A DNA stretch of 64,000 nucleotides, from contig OZ037845.1 in assembly GCA_964035575.1 (NCBI GenBank), forward strand, positions 682,001-746,000. The letters are read 5' to 3'. Position 1 is the first letter of the stretch; each line of letters begins with the position of its first letter. The notes beneath the pieces were generated by a model that saw only the letters and a program-made list of their open reading frames with translations, was not told the DNA's origin and made no database searches. Source of the stretch: Rhynchopus sp. YZ270_cl-10. Its lineage: Eukaryota. This document shows, piece by piece, positions 35,490-47,326 of this stretch. A program made the position numbers and the translations under genes.

Positions 35490-38400
35490 TCACCACCTAC
35501 GGGAGGGGCTCACTGCCGCAGATTCGAACGGACTGCGGAGGCTTGTGGTCTCGAGGAGGGGCGACGTGGGGACGGACAGCAGCTCCGTCGGCATCCGGTG
35601 CGCGACCTGCGCCTCTGAGAGCACCACCACCATCTCCCTGCGGAGACATTCGTTCTCCTCCTCCGACGAGAGGAGACGTTCCGCATGGCTGGCGAGACGC
35701 TCCTCCATGGTGCTTCGTATCAACTCCTTCGACTTTACGCTCTTATCAAGACGCACCTCAAGCTGTCGAATCTTTTGATACAACTCATCGCGCTCTGCAT
35801 CACCCATGACACCAGATTTAATGTCTTCGTGAACTTCGGGCTGTGGGTAGAGTGGAGTGTGGTAGGTGGGTGTGGGGGATGTAGGGGGGGTGTGTGTACC
35901 CTAGCCTCGCCGATGATGGCCTCTTCCAAAGCCTTCTGCCTGTCGCGTGCCGTTTTGTGTAGTTTTTTGAGTTCGATCGTCTCCGCGGAGTATTCGTCGC
36001 AGCGCTGTACGAGGCGTGCCTTCTCCTCGCGGAGTGTCTCGTTTGCGTCCTGTGCCTCTGATAGGGTGCGGGTCAGTTCGCGTTTCGTGGCGTTCTGTGG
36101 TGTGGTGTGTTGATAACAGAGGTGGGTAACGCCTGGAGTAGAGTATAGCCCATAGTGCGGTTAATGCCTGAGGGTAATTCTTGTACAGAATATGGCCCTT
36201 TGATGTGATGTGGCGTGTGGTGTTTTTTGATTACTACTGGGGCATTCCTTATAGCGAATGATGGACCAATGTGTGGTTGTGATATCAGAAGATATGCCCC
36301 CAGATTTCCCAGATTTTGGATCAAGGTGCTTGACCGGCCCGGCGAAGTTCGTCGTGCTGTCGCTTATGGCGAAGCTGGACAAGGACGACAGCAAGAAGTA
36401 CAGCACCCCCAAGGACAGGAACATGACTCTGCGTAGAGACCTGAAGACAGCTCTCGCTGCTGCCCCGTTCCTGTGGGAGACAAGCCGCAGTGACTTCGCG
36501 GACGGACTGTGGCGTGCGCTGAAGGATCGCACAAGGTGTGGCGCAACGATGCACAAGGACGGGGCCTTTCGCCTTCTCGAGCACCCCTTTCCCATCCCTT
36601 CCGCCCAGTGTGCTGACGCGAGGTTCGCGAAAGAGTTCGTTCGTGCGTTGTATCGCTACGACGAGGTGTTGAAGTCTGTGCCGGCGAATAACTTTTGGAC
36701 TTTTCTGCAGAGGGACTTGCTTTTTGGGTGTGCAGATTCGCTCTCTGGTTGTGTGGCGTATCACACAAATAAGTTACGGAAAAGCGATCAGGCAACGGCC
36801 ATGCCGCTCACCCCCATGCAGCAACGCGAGACTGCGGCTTCGTCGACTCCCACATGCTCGTTCTGGGACTCCTGCTTCGTCGACTGCCTCACCGCACCCT
36901 CCGCAAATTTTGGAAGCGCTGGGAACACTGAATGAGTACATGAATACACCAACCCCCGCAACCATCACCGGCATCCAGCAACGCGACACTCCTGCTTCGT
37001 GGACTACCCCGCAGCCCGAGCTTCCCACTCAGCAGAGGGATTCTCCCATGCGACGACCGCCTGTCGGAGTACCGCTTCCCTGCCCTATGCCTGCGCCTTC
37101 TCCTTCCGTCATGCCTGCGTCTTCTCCTTCCTCCAGCGGCAAGCAGTTGGGCTCCGACTTGGTGGCGAATCTCAAGAAGTCGACGGAGAAGCCTGTTCTC
37201 AGGGTTTCGGAAGCACACGGCATCCGCCGCGCTCTCTTCGAGGGTTGGTACGATTCCTTCTTCGCGGCCTTCATCTGCGACCTCCCTGAGTGGACGGGTT
37301 TCCCGGAGCTCCTGACGACGTACTTCCCCCGCATTCCTTTCGCCTCCAAAGACCACAGAGTCAGGGAGTTATTCGTAAAGGAATGGCGTAAGAGCCAGGC
37401 GATGTTCGCCAGAGCGACGGAGTTTACGGACTTGTCGTGCATCCGTCGCCACCTCCAGGAGAACCGCATGCCCTTGGGGAGTACGCAGGCGTTGTCTGTT
37501 GGGAAAGGGCACAGCATCCCCTCGTTGGAAGCCGCCCGGACGAAGCGAGTGTGCGCCTCCTTGCGCAGGGCCCTCGACCAGTGCATCGAGCATATGATCC
37601 AAAATGATAGTTAAATGCTGGTCCCGCATAATTGTTACATATCTCATTCATATGAGCGAAAAATGCAAAAGCAAAGAGAGCAATATTGGTACATGAACAC
37701 AAAATAAATGTGTCATTTCCCCCCCTGGACGATCCAACAACATACCAGATCCTCAATGGTCTCATGACACTTCGTCAGATCCAACGCCATCGCCTCTGCA
37801 GTTTCATTCGCCTTTTGGAGGTCTTTCTGTTTCATATTTTTTGATAATTTTTTTTCTCCTTTTTTCCACATACCTTCAACCCATCACGCTCCTCTTCGTT
37901 GTGCTGCAGATCTTTCATTAACCCAGTATTTTTGTCTACTAGATTTTGCTTTGTTGCCTGCAGATCTGCTATTGTGGATTCCGCGACCTTCAGCGCATCG
38001 TCACCACGGAAGATCGCTTGGCGGAGAGAGTCCGCCTCTGAGCGCAGCTCGGTATTGACTGCGTGCGCGGCTGATAGCTCGAGGAGGGTGGTTTTGAGGC
38101 GGGAGGATGATTCTGCCAACTCTTCGGCGAGACGTGCTTTTTCATCTAAAGCTTCTTGCAAGGCGATGCGCAGCCCTTCTACAGTCTCCGTCAACCGCGC
38201 AACCTGGTTTGCCAACTCATCTCTCTCCTTCGTGAGCTCCCAGATCTGCTCTCTTGCCTCTCTCAACTCACCACGCAAGACTTCAATTGTGTTCTCAGCC
38301 TCCTCAAGGGCAGCTTTCAAACGCATTTTCTCCTTCGTTAACGATTCGATAACGTCATCACGCTCTTCGATCGTCCTCTGGAGAGAGCGGATCTCACGTT

Positions 38401-41191
38401 GCAGGGTGTCACGTTCTGTTTCCCATATTGCTTCTTTTTCGGCGTGTTCGCGAAGAATATCGCGTTTTTCTTGTATAAGGCGGGTCATTGCTTGGTTCTG
38501 TTCTTCTCCTGTTTGGCGGGTAACAGAGAGCTCTTCTTGCGCGGTTTCGAGAAGGGAGGAAAGGGTGGTGGTGCGTTCTTCTAAGGCCCCGCATCGTTCG
38601 GTGAGGGAGGTGTTGATGGAGGCAAGCTCTTCGTGGGCGGCAAACATTTGTTTTTGTTCGCATGCGCGTCGGTCGGTGAGTTCGTCGCGTTCTTCGGTGA
38701 GAAGCGCGATTTTTCCTAGAAGAATCGGCTTCTCATCTGCAAACTCTGCCAGCGCTGCCGCTGTGCCTTCATAACGCAGAGACAGCTCCTCCAAAGCACT
38801 CTGCAAAACACTGCGGTCCTGCTCTAAACTCTCCACAGACGTCGCATTGCGTGCCATCTCCTTCACATTGAGCGCAATAAGACCTTGCTTCTCCTCTTCA
38901 CGCTGTCTCTCGAGAAGCATCGCATCTTCTTGACAGCGTGCAAGCTTTTGTTGATAATCATTCGCCAATGCAGTGAACATTCTGTCATTCTGTGGTTCAA
39001 TGTGAACCAAATCCGGTAAAGTTGTTGGTGTGTTCGGGTACAAAACCTGTTGGTCCATCTGCAAACGAAGCTGGACCATTTCCCCTTCCCTTCGTGTGGC
39101 CAAAGCCTTAGCTTCAGCAGCTTCCTCTCGGAATAACTGTGCCTCACTCTCCGCAGAAACTAAAGCAGCATCGCGGATCCGAACAATTTCCTCTTTTTCT
39201 GCAATCTTCGCGTCTGTCTGAACCCTGAGGGTTTGAGCCTCCTGGAGTTCTGCCCGTAGTGCGGTTATTGTGTTGTCTTTGGTAAGAGATGCGGCGAGTT
39301 GTTCAGGTGCTTGGAGAGCGTTGTGCTGAAGCAGTCGCTGCAGCTCTGATTCGAGGGCAGCAATTTGCTGTTCGTTGTGGGAGTTGTGTGTGGCATTGTG
39401 TTGCGCGGTTTGCAGATTGGTTGCTTCGTGTACGTTGAGCTCTGCAGTTAAAATCTTTATAGTATCGCGGGCCTGGAGGAGATCTGCCTCAAGGGTAGCT
39501 GCAGTGCGAAGTGCAGCTTTGTTGTTCGCATTCTCTTCGGAGAGCGCGGTAACAGTACGTTCCAATTCGTGAAGAAGCTCTGTGTGCGCCGGAGGGAAAT
39601 TCACTTGATTTGCTATTGTTGCTGCGTTTGCGGTTCGCAAATCGTGTTCTAGACGTTGCACCTCGCTTCTTTGCATTTCTATCTCACGGACGTAACGTTG
39701 TTCACACTCTGATTCACGTCGTGCACTGTCCTCCCTCAGACGCGCCAGATTCAACTCAAACCCTGCCTCCTGCGACGCAAGCCTTCTCTCCAACCCTTCT
39801 ATCCTCGCACTCTGCCTCTGCACCAAACCACTATAATCCGGTGTCACACCAGCCCCTTCTGGTACCCAACGTCTGCCTAGAGCGGATAGCACGTCGTCCT
39901 GCAGATGATACGCCGTCATCGCTGCGTTCTCCTCCTGCAAACGCGCCATGGTGTCTTGGAGGATGCGCACCCTCTCGGCACCCCCTGCACCGCCCTTTAA
40001 TGCTTCCATATGAATATGTGTCATAGCATCGACCTCGCGTTGAAGCTGCACCACACGGCGTGATGGAGACTGTGTAGGAACAGCATCGGTCCACAGAGGT
40101 GTCGCAGACCCGCTTCGATATGCTGGAACCGTTTCTGCTATGGTGCCTGGAGACGATGTGCGTGTCATATGCATGGTGGAAAGGTCTACTGGACATCTCG
40201 GGCGTGTCACATAAGTTCCGGTAGCAGAATCCGTCACAACACACCAAGACTCAAAGACAATATGAAGCTGCTCCACAGAAACCCACTGCGCATCGATGGC
40301 ACGAAGCCCTACCTCTGCTGGGAACGGTGCTGTCATATGCTTTTCGACAATCGGGGTGTACACGAGGACCCTTCTGTTTGCTACGGCTGCGACAGTGTAT
40401 AACGCCTTGGGCTGCTGCAGGGTCCCTGAGGGGAGGCAGAGGGGGCGAAGAAGAACTAATGCTTGGGAGGATGCGATGGACTCAAATTGGGATGGTTCTG
40501 TGGAAAACGGCGTTTCTTCCAAACCACGTCTGTTGTCTGAGAGTGCAAGCGCCGCTGCCGCTAGCGTTGGTGTTACAGAAGACACCCTCGCATACCCTCC
40601 CAAACACTTCGCCAAAGCCTTCTCCGCAAGAGGCACCCACAACCCCGCCTCAGGTTCCGGTGTGCACAACGCATGCATCGGCATCCCTTTCCTCCACGGA
40701 ACCAAATCGTCCACAATAATAGCGTCGGGAAGATTCACCAATACATGCCCACCACCAGGTCCTAGTACACATGCCTCAGATGGGACCAAATCTGCTGAAG
40801 AGATTAAAGTAAGAAGACAAAGCCAGCGCTTGCTGGAGCAGATGCCCGGCACAACCAGGGGGTGGCAATCGGTGTGGATAGAGCTAGGTGAAGGAGGGTC
40901 TGGTGATAAACGTGACGCAGCTTCGCGGATGCGAAGCCACTGCACGGCATCACTCCCAGGGGTGACGTCGGGTGGGAAGGAAAGGTCTACGAAGGTCAGA
41001 CGCATCTGCTTTGCAACGTGCAGGACAGACGCGGTGTCCAGAGGATCCACCTTCGCTAGGGCAGCTGCAGACGTCATGGCTGCAAGCTGTGCACTCACCA
41101 CAGTCGACCCTGTTCGTTCCATTAACACAGGAAACGCTCTGTAATGTGCATGTGCATGTGCATGCGCATGTGAATTTACATTATGCGCCAT
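35490..41191 (-). CDS. Catalytically inactive calpain-like (CysPc) domain fused to very long coiled coil, 4 exons (41191-37874, 37826-37746, 36094-35900, 35840-35490), about 1314 aa
   Basis: FVDLSFPP, WLRIRE, IIVDDLVP and LWVPLAEKALAKCLGGY are calpain motifs. The catalytic QGxxGDCW is replaced by PGICSSKRW. Three phase-0 GT-AG introns (37827-37873, 36095-37745, 35841-35899) keep the coiled coil open. Confidence 0.8.
36258..37614 (+). pseudogene. Nested opposite-strand gene of unknown function with one apparent frameshift near 36850-36870
   Basis: Two overlapping GC-rich + strand ORFs (36258-36935 and 36724-37614) share a QQR(E/D)T/SP repeat across the frame change. The region lies wholly inside intron 36095-37745. 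Confidence 0.55.
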
Positions 41192-41215
41192 GTTCGAAGA
41201 AAAAAGGAAAGACAA

Positions 41216-41274
41216 TCCACCTGATTTTAGTGTTTGTTTGGCAGAAGAATGCTATCAGGTCAAAATCAGGTGGA
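41216..41274. repeat. Short palindromic element (CCACCTGATTTT family); related copies at 24340-24435 and about 5568-5630
   Basis: Perfect 13-bp IR TCCACCTGATTTT / AAAATCAGGTGGA. The same terminal motif bounds a longer fold-back at 24340-24435. Confidence 0.55.
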
Positions 41275-42259
41275 AAAAAAAAAAAGAGAGAAAAAGAGAG
41301 AGATAAATCTAAGCTAATCTGTGTGCTTAGGAGGGCAGGAAAGCAGGAGATGGTGTAATTTTTTTTTCCCGTCTCTCTTATAACGTTTTGAGAGGGACAG
41401 AATGAGGGTATTCACCCTGCATTCTCCTGGTGTGGTGGAGTGTGGAAGGAGGGAGGGGTGTTGGGGAAACAAAAAAAAAGGATCTTTTTTTTGAAAACTA
41501 TTGTAGTGTAGACAGCCAAGGGTGAGCTCCACTAGTTTTTTGTTTTTTTTTTTTTTCTTTTGCGAACTCAAAAACCATAATCAGATAGACGTACCGTACA
41601 AAAAGGGTGGTGGTGGTGGGGGGCGGGTTTTGTGTGGGAATGGGTCGTGGGGTATAAAAAAAAACCGCAAGCTGCAGAGCGAATCACCGCGCAGAAGAGA
41701 GAAGTACACATAATAAAGAAAATAGTAGGATCGGGGTAGGTAAGTAAAGTTGTCTGCATTGATTGCACAACCCTCCTGTTTGAGGGATGATTTGGCGACC
41801 GTACCCGGTCATACTATTTCTCCTTTTATAGCTAGCTTCGTAGGAATAAAAAAATGTGGCGGGTAATGGTATATGTTAGCAAAACAAAATCACCCATACC
41901 CACCCTACATACACCTCTCCACAGGTGGGCAACATATTGCAGGTGTTAGCCTCAAAACCTGTTTTTTTTTATTTCTCTTTTTCATAACATCACACACGTT
42001 GTTGTTCATTGTTGTTTTTTGTTTTTGGTTCAGTGTAGCTACGCGCAGAACGGCCTTCACATGAGAGTTACACTGTACAATTCTTAGCAGTGCATATTTT
42101 TAAATGAGTTGTGCCCTTTGCAGGCAGGAAAATTGAAAAAAAAAAAATAGTTCTGTTCAGCAAAAAAGACGCCTGGGAAGAAAGATAGAAAACTTTATTT
42201 TTGGAAGATGATATACGCTTTTACCCGGGCACGAGAAAGATCTTTTAAGTTAGACTGAG

Positions 42260-43261
42260 TGGTGTGGCCCGCCCCAAAATAAAGTCAAAAAAATGTACTT
42301 CTAATGTACTTCTAATGTATGGTAAAAAAAGGGGGGTAAAAATTTTTTCCCCACCCATACTGACGTAGTCAGTGTGCATAATAAAAGGGTCCCGAGCTTT
42401 CCCCCCGCAAAAAGCGGTCGCTGCGCGCGCTTCGCGCGCTTCGCGCGCGCGACTCCCTGCTAGTACAAGAAGGTGAGGCTCTTTCTCACCTCTGATGCAC
42501 AAAATCGTGAAAGGCGGGTGGGGACGGTGAACCACAAGCCGTAGTGGGTGTCAGCCTTCTTATCAGCAACCTCAGTGCCTCTATAAAAGAAGAGGCGGTC
42601 ATGGCATCCAAAGGTTCCAGGCGAAGCCACGGTACGCAACATTTCTGAAAAATGTTGCCATAAAATGGCGCTGTCGTTCGTAATTAACGTCACTTTCCGT
42701 AAATTTTACTTACGTATTTCGCTAAAAACGAAAGCTTCTGGCGAAGCCACGGTACGCAACATTTCAAAAAAAATGCGCTTACAATTGAACATTTTACAGC
42801 CAAACTACGACATGGGAAGAGTGCAAGCTTGCGCCGCAGGCGCACGGTACGCTACTTTTCTTCTTTCGCTATGCCGCATGCTTCCTTTTACAGTAAAAGA
42901 AAATTGTCATCTGAAAATACGGTTCTGTGGGGGGTAAGGTGAAGGGTGGGGCTCCGCACCAAACCTGAAAATAGCCTGTAAAACTGATACATGCATTTTA
43001 GGTACAAAATACTCATTTCTCAGCGCAAAATGACCCCACCACAACACGCACGGACTCCGGAGAATCGGGAAAGAAATTTTTTTTTTCGATTTTTTGTGGG
43101 AAAAAATTGGCCGAAAAATTTTTTCGCCCCCCCGGACCCCCCAAAAAAAGTCACCTATAAAAAAAAGTTTTTTCCCTTAATCACGCCTAAAATAAAGTCA
43201 AAAAAATGTACTTCTAATGTACTTCTAATGTACCCCAAAAACCGGGTTTCGGGCCACACCA
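42260..43261. mobile_element. TGGTG...CACCA family element, 1002 bp, TSD not preserved
   Basis: Same 12-bp TIR TGGTGTGGCCCG as 16000-16917. 44-bp internal direct repeat AAAATAAAGTCAAAAAAATGTACTTCTAATGTACTTCTAATGTA near both ends. Flanks CTGAG and AATTA do not match. Confidence 0.7.
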
Positions 43262-45280
43262 AATTAGACAAAAAAAAATACAAAACTTTTGAAAAGACAA
43301 CAATGTGCCCCATGGTAGAGCGAAGCATCATATAATACGAGGAAGAAGGGATTTTGCCTTTTTTTTTTTTTTTTTTTTTTGAAATATTTTAGGAAGTGTA
43401 GCTGCCACCTGTGCAAACTCCACTGTACCTCACGTCACTCACGTAATAGCCTCGGATCGCGGGCCGTTCTCGTCGGCATGCCTTTATTGTCGTCTACAGT
43501 ACATCCAGGATAGATCCGCTTTTCCTTTACTGCAGAGTCTCGACCAGGCACTCCGCTAGGTACTAAAGTTCTGTTGATTGTCAACAGAACTTTTTGAAAA
43601 TGGGGAAAAAAAGAAAAAAAAAAAAAGTTCTGCTGAGTGGTTCAGACCCGTTCTACCTGTCAAAAAAGCTCAGGAGAAGAAGATATGGAGAGGTGAGTGC
43701 TCAAACGTCCCAAAAAAGTCAAAATCGGGCGTTGGTAAAAAAAAAAGTTGCGTACCGTGCGCCTGCGGCGCAAGCATGTACCCCACCAACGTGGACCATC
43801 AACAGAATATTTTCAAAATCGGAAATCCTAGCGGAGAGCCTGGTCTCGACACAAAAAAAAAAAAAAAATTCACCTCACAAAAAAGAGGTGGGGTTCTACT
43901 TAAAATACCACCGTTGAAAAGGCTAGGATGCTTTGCTGATGGCAAAAGAGTTAATTTTTTTTGGTTCCTCCGAAGGTGCTCCGCAAATCTTAATATAGCT
44001 CGAAACAGTTCTCCGTGGTTCCCCCAGGGGTTGTCCGTACCCCCTGAATCACACCAAAAAATATTGAGATAAATGTACACTCATCTTCAAAAAAACGCAT
44101 ACAAAAAAATTCACACAAAACGCGCAGCGAAGGAGTTATTACAAAAAATGAAAAAGACAAAAAAAAAAAAAAACGGTGAAATAAACCACAATCCGTTTTC
44201 TCGGAGTGCTCTCTCTCTCTTAGGCAAATATACCACTCTTACAAAAACCCCCCAATGCTTTCAAACACACAACACACACACCTCAAATACTAGGTGAATA
44301 CCCTCTTCATACACACGGTAATAGGGGGGGAAGGGGATGCGGGGAAGAACGTCACTATAAGCTCGCAGTGAAGGAGGTGTTTCTGGGGATGGGGGGAGTA
44401 TAAGGGTAAGATCTTAGGACCCAAATGTTGGTCCCTTTCTTATGCGCTTATTGTGTTGGAGTGCAGCTGCCAGACAGGCTTCACTACGCCTCACATTTTT
44501 ATTTTTTTGTTGTATCGACAATCGCCGAGTAATCCCACCAGATGGGAGAATCCGGCTCTGTGCTCAATGTTGGCCGAAGCCTTTGTACTACGGAAGGTAT
44601 AGACCGTCGTCCTTTTTTTTGATAAATTGTTTGGAGTAGTGTAGTTGCCTCGGTTGTGTTGCCACAGTTGTGCAATCTTCCACTTTTCCACTCCACTTTT
44701 TGGTTTAGTTGACGAATGTGTAGGAGTGAAATACATTACATTTACCCTCATACACATCACCACAATTCAATAAAAGCTGACTTGAAATACAAAGCCCTCG
44801 AGACACAGTGCACCTTGGTACATGACCGGCTGTACCGGGGGTGGACACCCAATAAAAACCCCCCCCCTACGCACAAAAATAAAACAAACATAAAACTCGC
44901 TTGAGAAGAAAAAATAGAAACCATAAAATACGTAAGAAAAACTGTCAACGGGACATAGTTAACTGCGGGGAGGTGGGGGGTGGAGTGGGGGACCACTTCG
45001 AGGAGATGATTATTGAAAGCCTTGATAGCGACAAAAAAAGAAAGTTGACTTGAAATACAAAGCCCTCTCGTGACAGTGTACCTTAGAAAAGGTTTATTGT
45101 GGATGATATTTGGTCTTTTATTTACAAAATCATGGAAAGACAAAAATATGGTATTCACAGAAATTCACAAGATGGGGTATCGTTCACACCTCACCCCTGT
45201 CGCTGCATTAACACATCTGTTTCGATTCCGTTTTTCCACTTCCCATTATTTTGTATAAAAAAAAGACCAAACATCACCCA

Positions 45281-45319
45281 TTATAAGATGAACCTAAGCC
45301 TCTCGTGCTTAGTCATCTT
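45281..45319 (-). repeat. Polar hairpin repeat family C (best copy)
   Basis: + strand TTATAAGATGAACCTAAGCCTCTCGTGCTTAGTCATCTT. Copies at about 245, 14313, 14667, 18391, 26015, 32661, 51421 and 52279. Confidence 0.9.
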
Positions 45320-46354
45320 GCAAAAACCTTAGGGGAAAAAAATCTGCCTTTTTAGTCAGCTTGGCCCTTATCTTTTTGTCGAACAAATTATACGAGAACG
45401 TTCAGATTATGTTCTCTTTTTATCATGAGAAAATGGACCGGCTTTTTTCAATATATTTTTTTTAATATAACATCTGCGCACATTAGGAAGTGGGGGGGGA
45501 AATGAAATTGCATTTTTTTTCTCATTGTCTTTGTAGTTTCGACCAAACGCACGATATCAAAAATAAAAGGGCAAGAAGTCAGTACAAGACACACCTGATA
45601 GGGTCTGCGATCCTGCCACTGCGCTTCATTGCTACGTTGTGTTTCTCTCCCTCCCTCTTCCCTCTCGCTTCATTGTCTTGGCATTGATATAAATTTATTG
45701 TGATTTTGAAAAATTTGGCAACGTGCAGACATCACCTTGTATCAAACCCCACGCTTTTTACAAATATTATCTTCAGTGCGAACTGATTTTTTGCATTGTG
45801 TTGAATAATGTGACAAACACGGTACAAAACCCCAAGACAAAAAAAAATTTTGTGAACATCCTACACGAAATGTACCGGCTTCCACAAAAATCAGGAATTT
45901 TGGTTGAAGCCAATCTAACACTGCAGGCCAACCAATGGACTACAGGAGACAGCTCTGGATACCCCACTCAGAACAGTTTAAAAGCAAAACGATACGCTTG
46001 GGATATATTTCCACTTCTTGAGAAAATCCCAACAAAAAAAAAAAATCAAATTTAAATAGGAAAGATCAGAGACGACTCAGGACCCCAAAGGTAGAATCGC
46101 GCAACTCTTTTCCTCCCCCTTTGCTTTGAAGAATCTGAAAATGGTCAGCCACAGCGGCCTGCCCATTTTTTTTTTTCTTTGCTGATAATTTGAAAGTGTA
46201 GTTGCTTGTACAAACTCCACTCGTTTATTAAATTGCGCGACCCATCCATGCATACAAAATCAGCACGTTGTTACGAACATATTTTGAAGGGAAAAAAAAG
46301 CTTCTGCAGTGTTTTGAGGAAAAAACGTGAACCCTCCCTCCCATCCCCCCAAAA

Positions 46355-46815
46355 TGGTGCTTCCCGGGGGGTATGCATTTCACAAATTTTCACAAAATGT
46401 GACAAGTTTTCACAACACGAAACCCGCTATTAAATTGTGAAGGCTGGTGAAAAATGGTGAAAAATTGTGAAAAGTTGTGAAAAGTGCGAAAAGTTGTGAA
46501 AAGTTGTGAAAAGTTGTGAATTGATTTTTTTTTTTTTGGGGGGGTTTTTTTTGGGTTGGGTGGTGGCCCACCCATTGAGGGGTATGCTGGGATTCACAAG
46601 ATAGAACGTGATGTGGTGTACCTGTGTACCTGTGTACTGTGCGGAAATGACGAGAACTTGTCCATTTCGGCAAATTGACCCCACCACTGGCCGGACGGAT
46701 TCCGGAAATGCAAATGCCGGCATTTAAAGGCTTCACCAACGAAGAAAAAAAGGGTGGTGAAAAGTTGTGAATTGAATTGAAAATTTGTGAAATGCATACC
46801 CCCCGGGAAGCACCA
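46355..46815. mobile_element. TGGTG...CACCA family MITE, 461 bp
   Basis: Perfect 38-bp TIR TGGTGCTTCCCGGGGGGTATGCATTTCACAAATTTTCA. 5-bp TSD CAAAA at 46350-46354 and 46816-46820. GAAAAGTTGT 10-mer arrays. Confidence 0.92.
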
Positions 46816-47103
46816 CAAAAGAAAGAAAAAATAGGAAACTGAAGTACCGCCCCCCCCCCCCCCCACACACACTCGCCCTAGCTCTCATTTTCTCAGCAGC
46901 ATTTGAAGCAAGGCAGGTGTGTCTTCCATCCAACCATCCCAGAAGGCTTTCTGACAATGTACAGGGGGTGCTTGTTGAACAGCTGTTCTGGTGTGCAGCC
47001 TTCTTTGCCTGTTTTTGGAAGGATTTTTTTTAAATGAGATCCATAAAAAAAAAAACGCCCTTTTGCTGGAGTGCAACATTCTGTAGATGCTGGCAGATAT
47101 AAA

Positions 47104-47218
47104 AAGGTGATGTTATTAACGTAGGCACCTCCCGCTGACCCACGCACGATGCCAGCTGGACGAAAGTAGTACCCTGCGTGCGGCCAACAGAAGATGGAAA
47201 AGGAAACCTAAGTAGACC
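47104..47218 (-). repeat. Polar hairpin repeat family F (longest copy)
   Basis: + strand consensus AAGTGAAGTTATTAATGCAGGCACCTCCGACTGACCCAC...GATGAAAGCACAA. Copies at about 1684, 5451, 29921, 32591 and 49631. Confidence 0.8.
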
Positions 47219-47326
47219 TACCCGCACCGTAAGAGAACGAGGGCGGTACACAACCGCTCGTCAAGCCGGTAACATGCTACATTCTAAAGTTTTGCAGTCA
47301 TCTTGAAAATAACTGAATAGGTTTGC

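Noticed and set aside
37899..41144. Plus-strand ORFs of 291 and 282 aa, and similar ORFs opposite other genes
   Set aside because: Antisense shadows of minus-strand CDSs, with the S/R/A-rich composition expected from reverse-complemented coding sequence.
43565..43593. Perfect 13-bp hairpin followed by T-run, resembling an intrinsic terminator
   Set aside because: Eukaryotic context, single instance and symmetric on both strands; more likely a fragment of a palindromic element.
45281..45319. Family C as a SECIS element, IRE or H/ACA snoRNA
   Set aside because: There is no UGA/GA quartet with apical AA, no C-bulge plus CAGUGN loop, and the hairpin is too short with no consistent AGA/ACA box.
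47104..47218. Family F as a hammerhead ribozyme (CTGA...GAAA on + strand)
   Set aside because: The core reads CTGACCCA rather than CUGANGA, the required stems are not evident, and folding favours the other strand.
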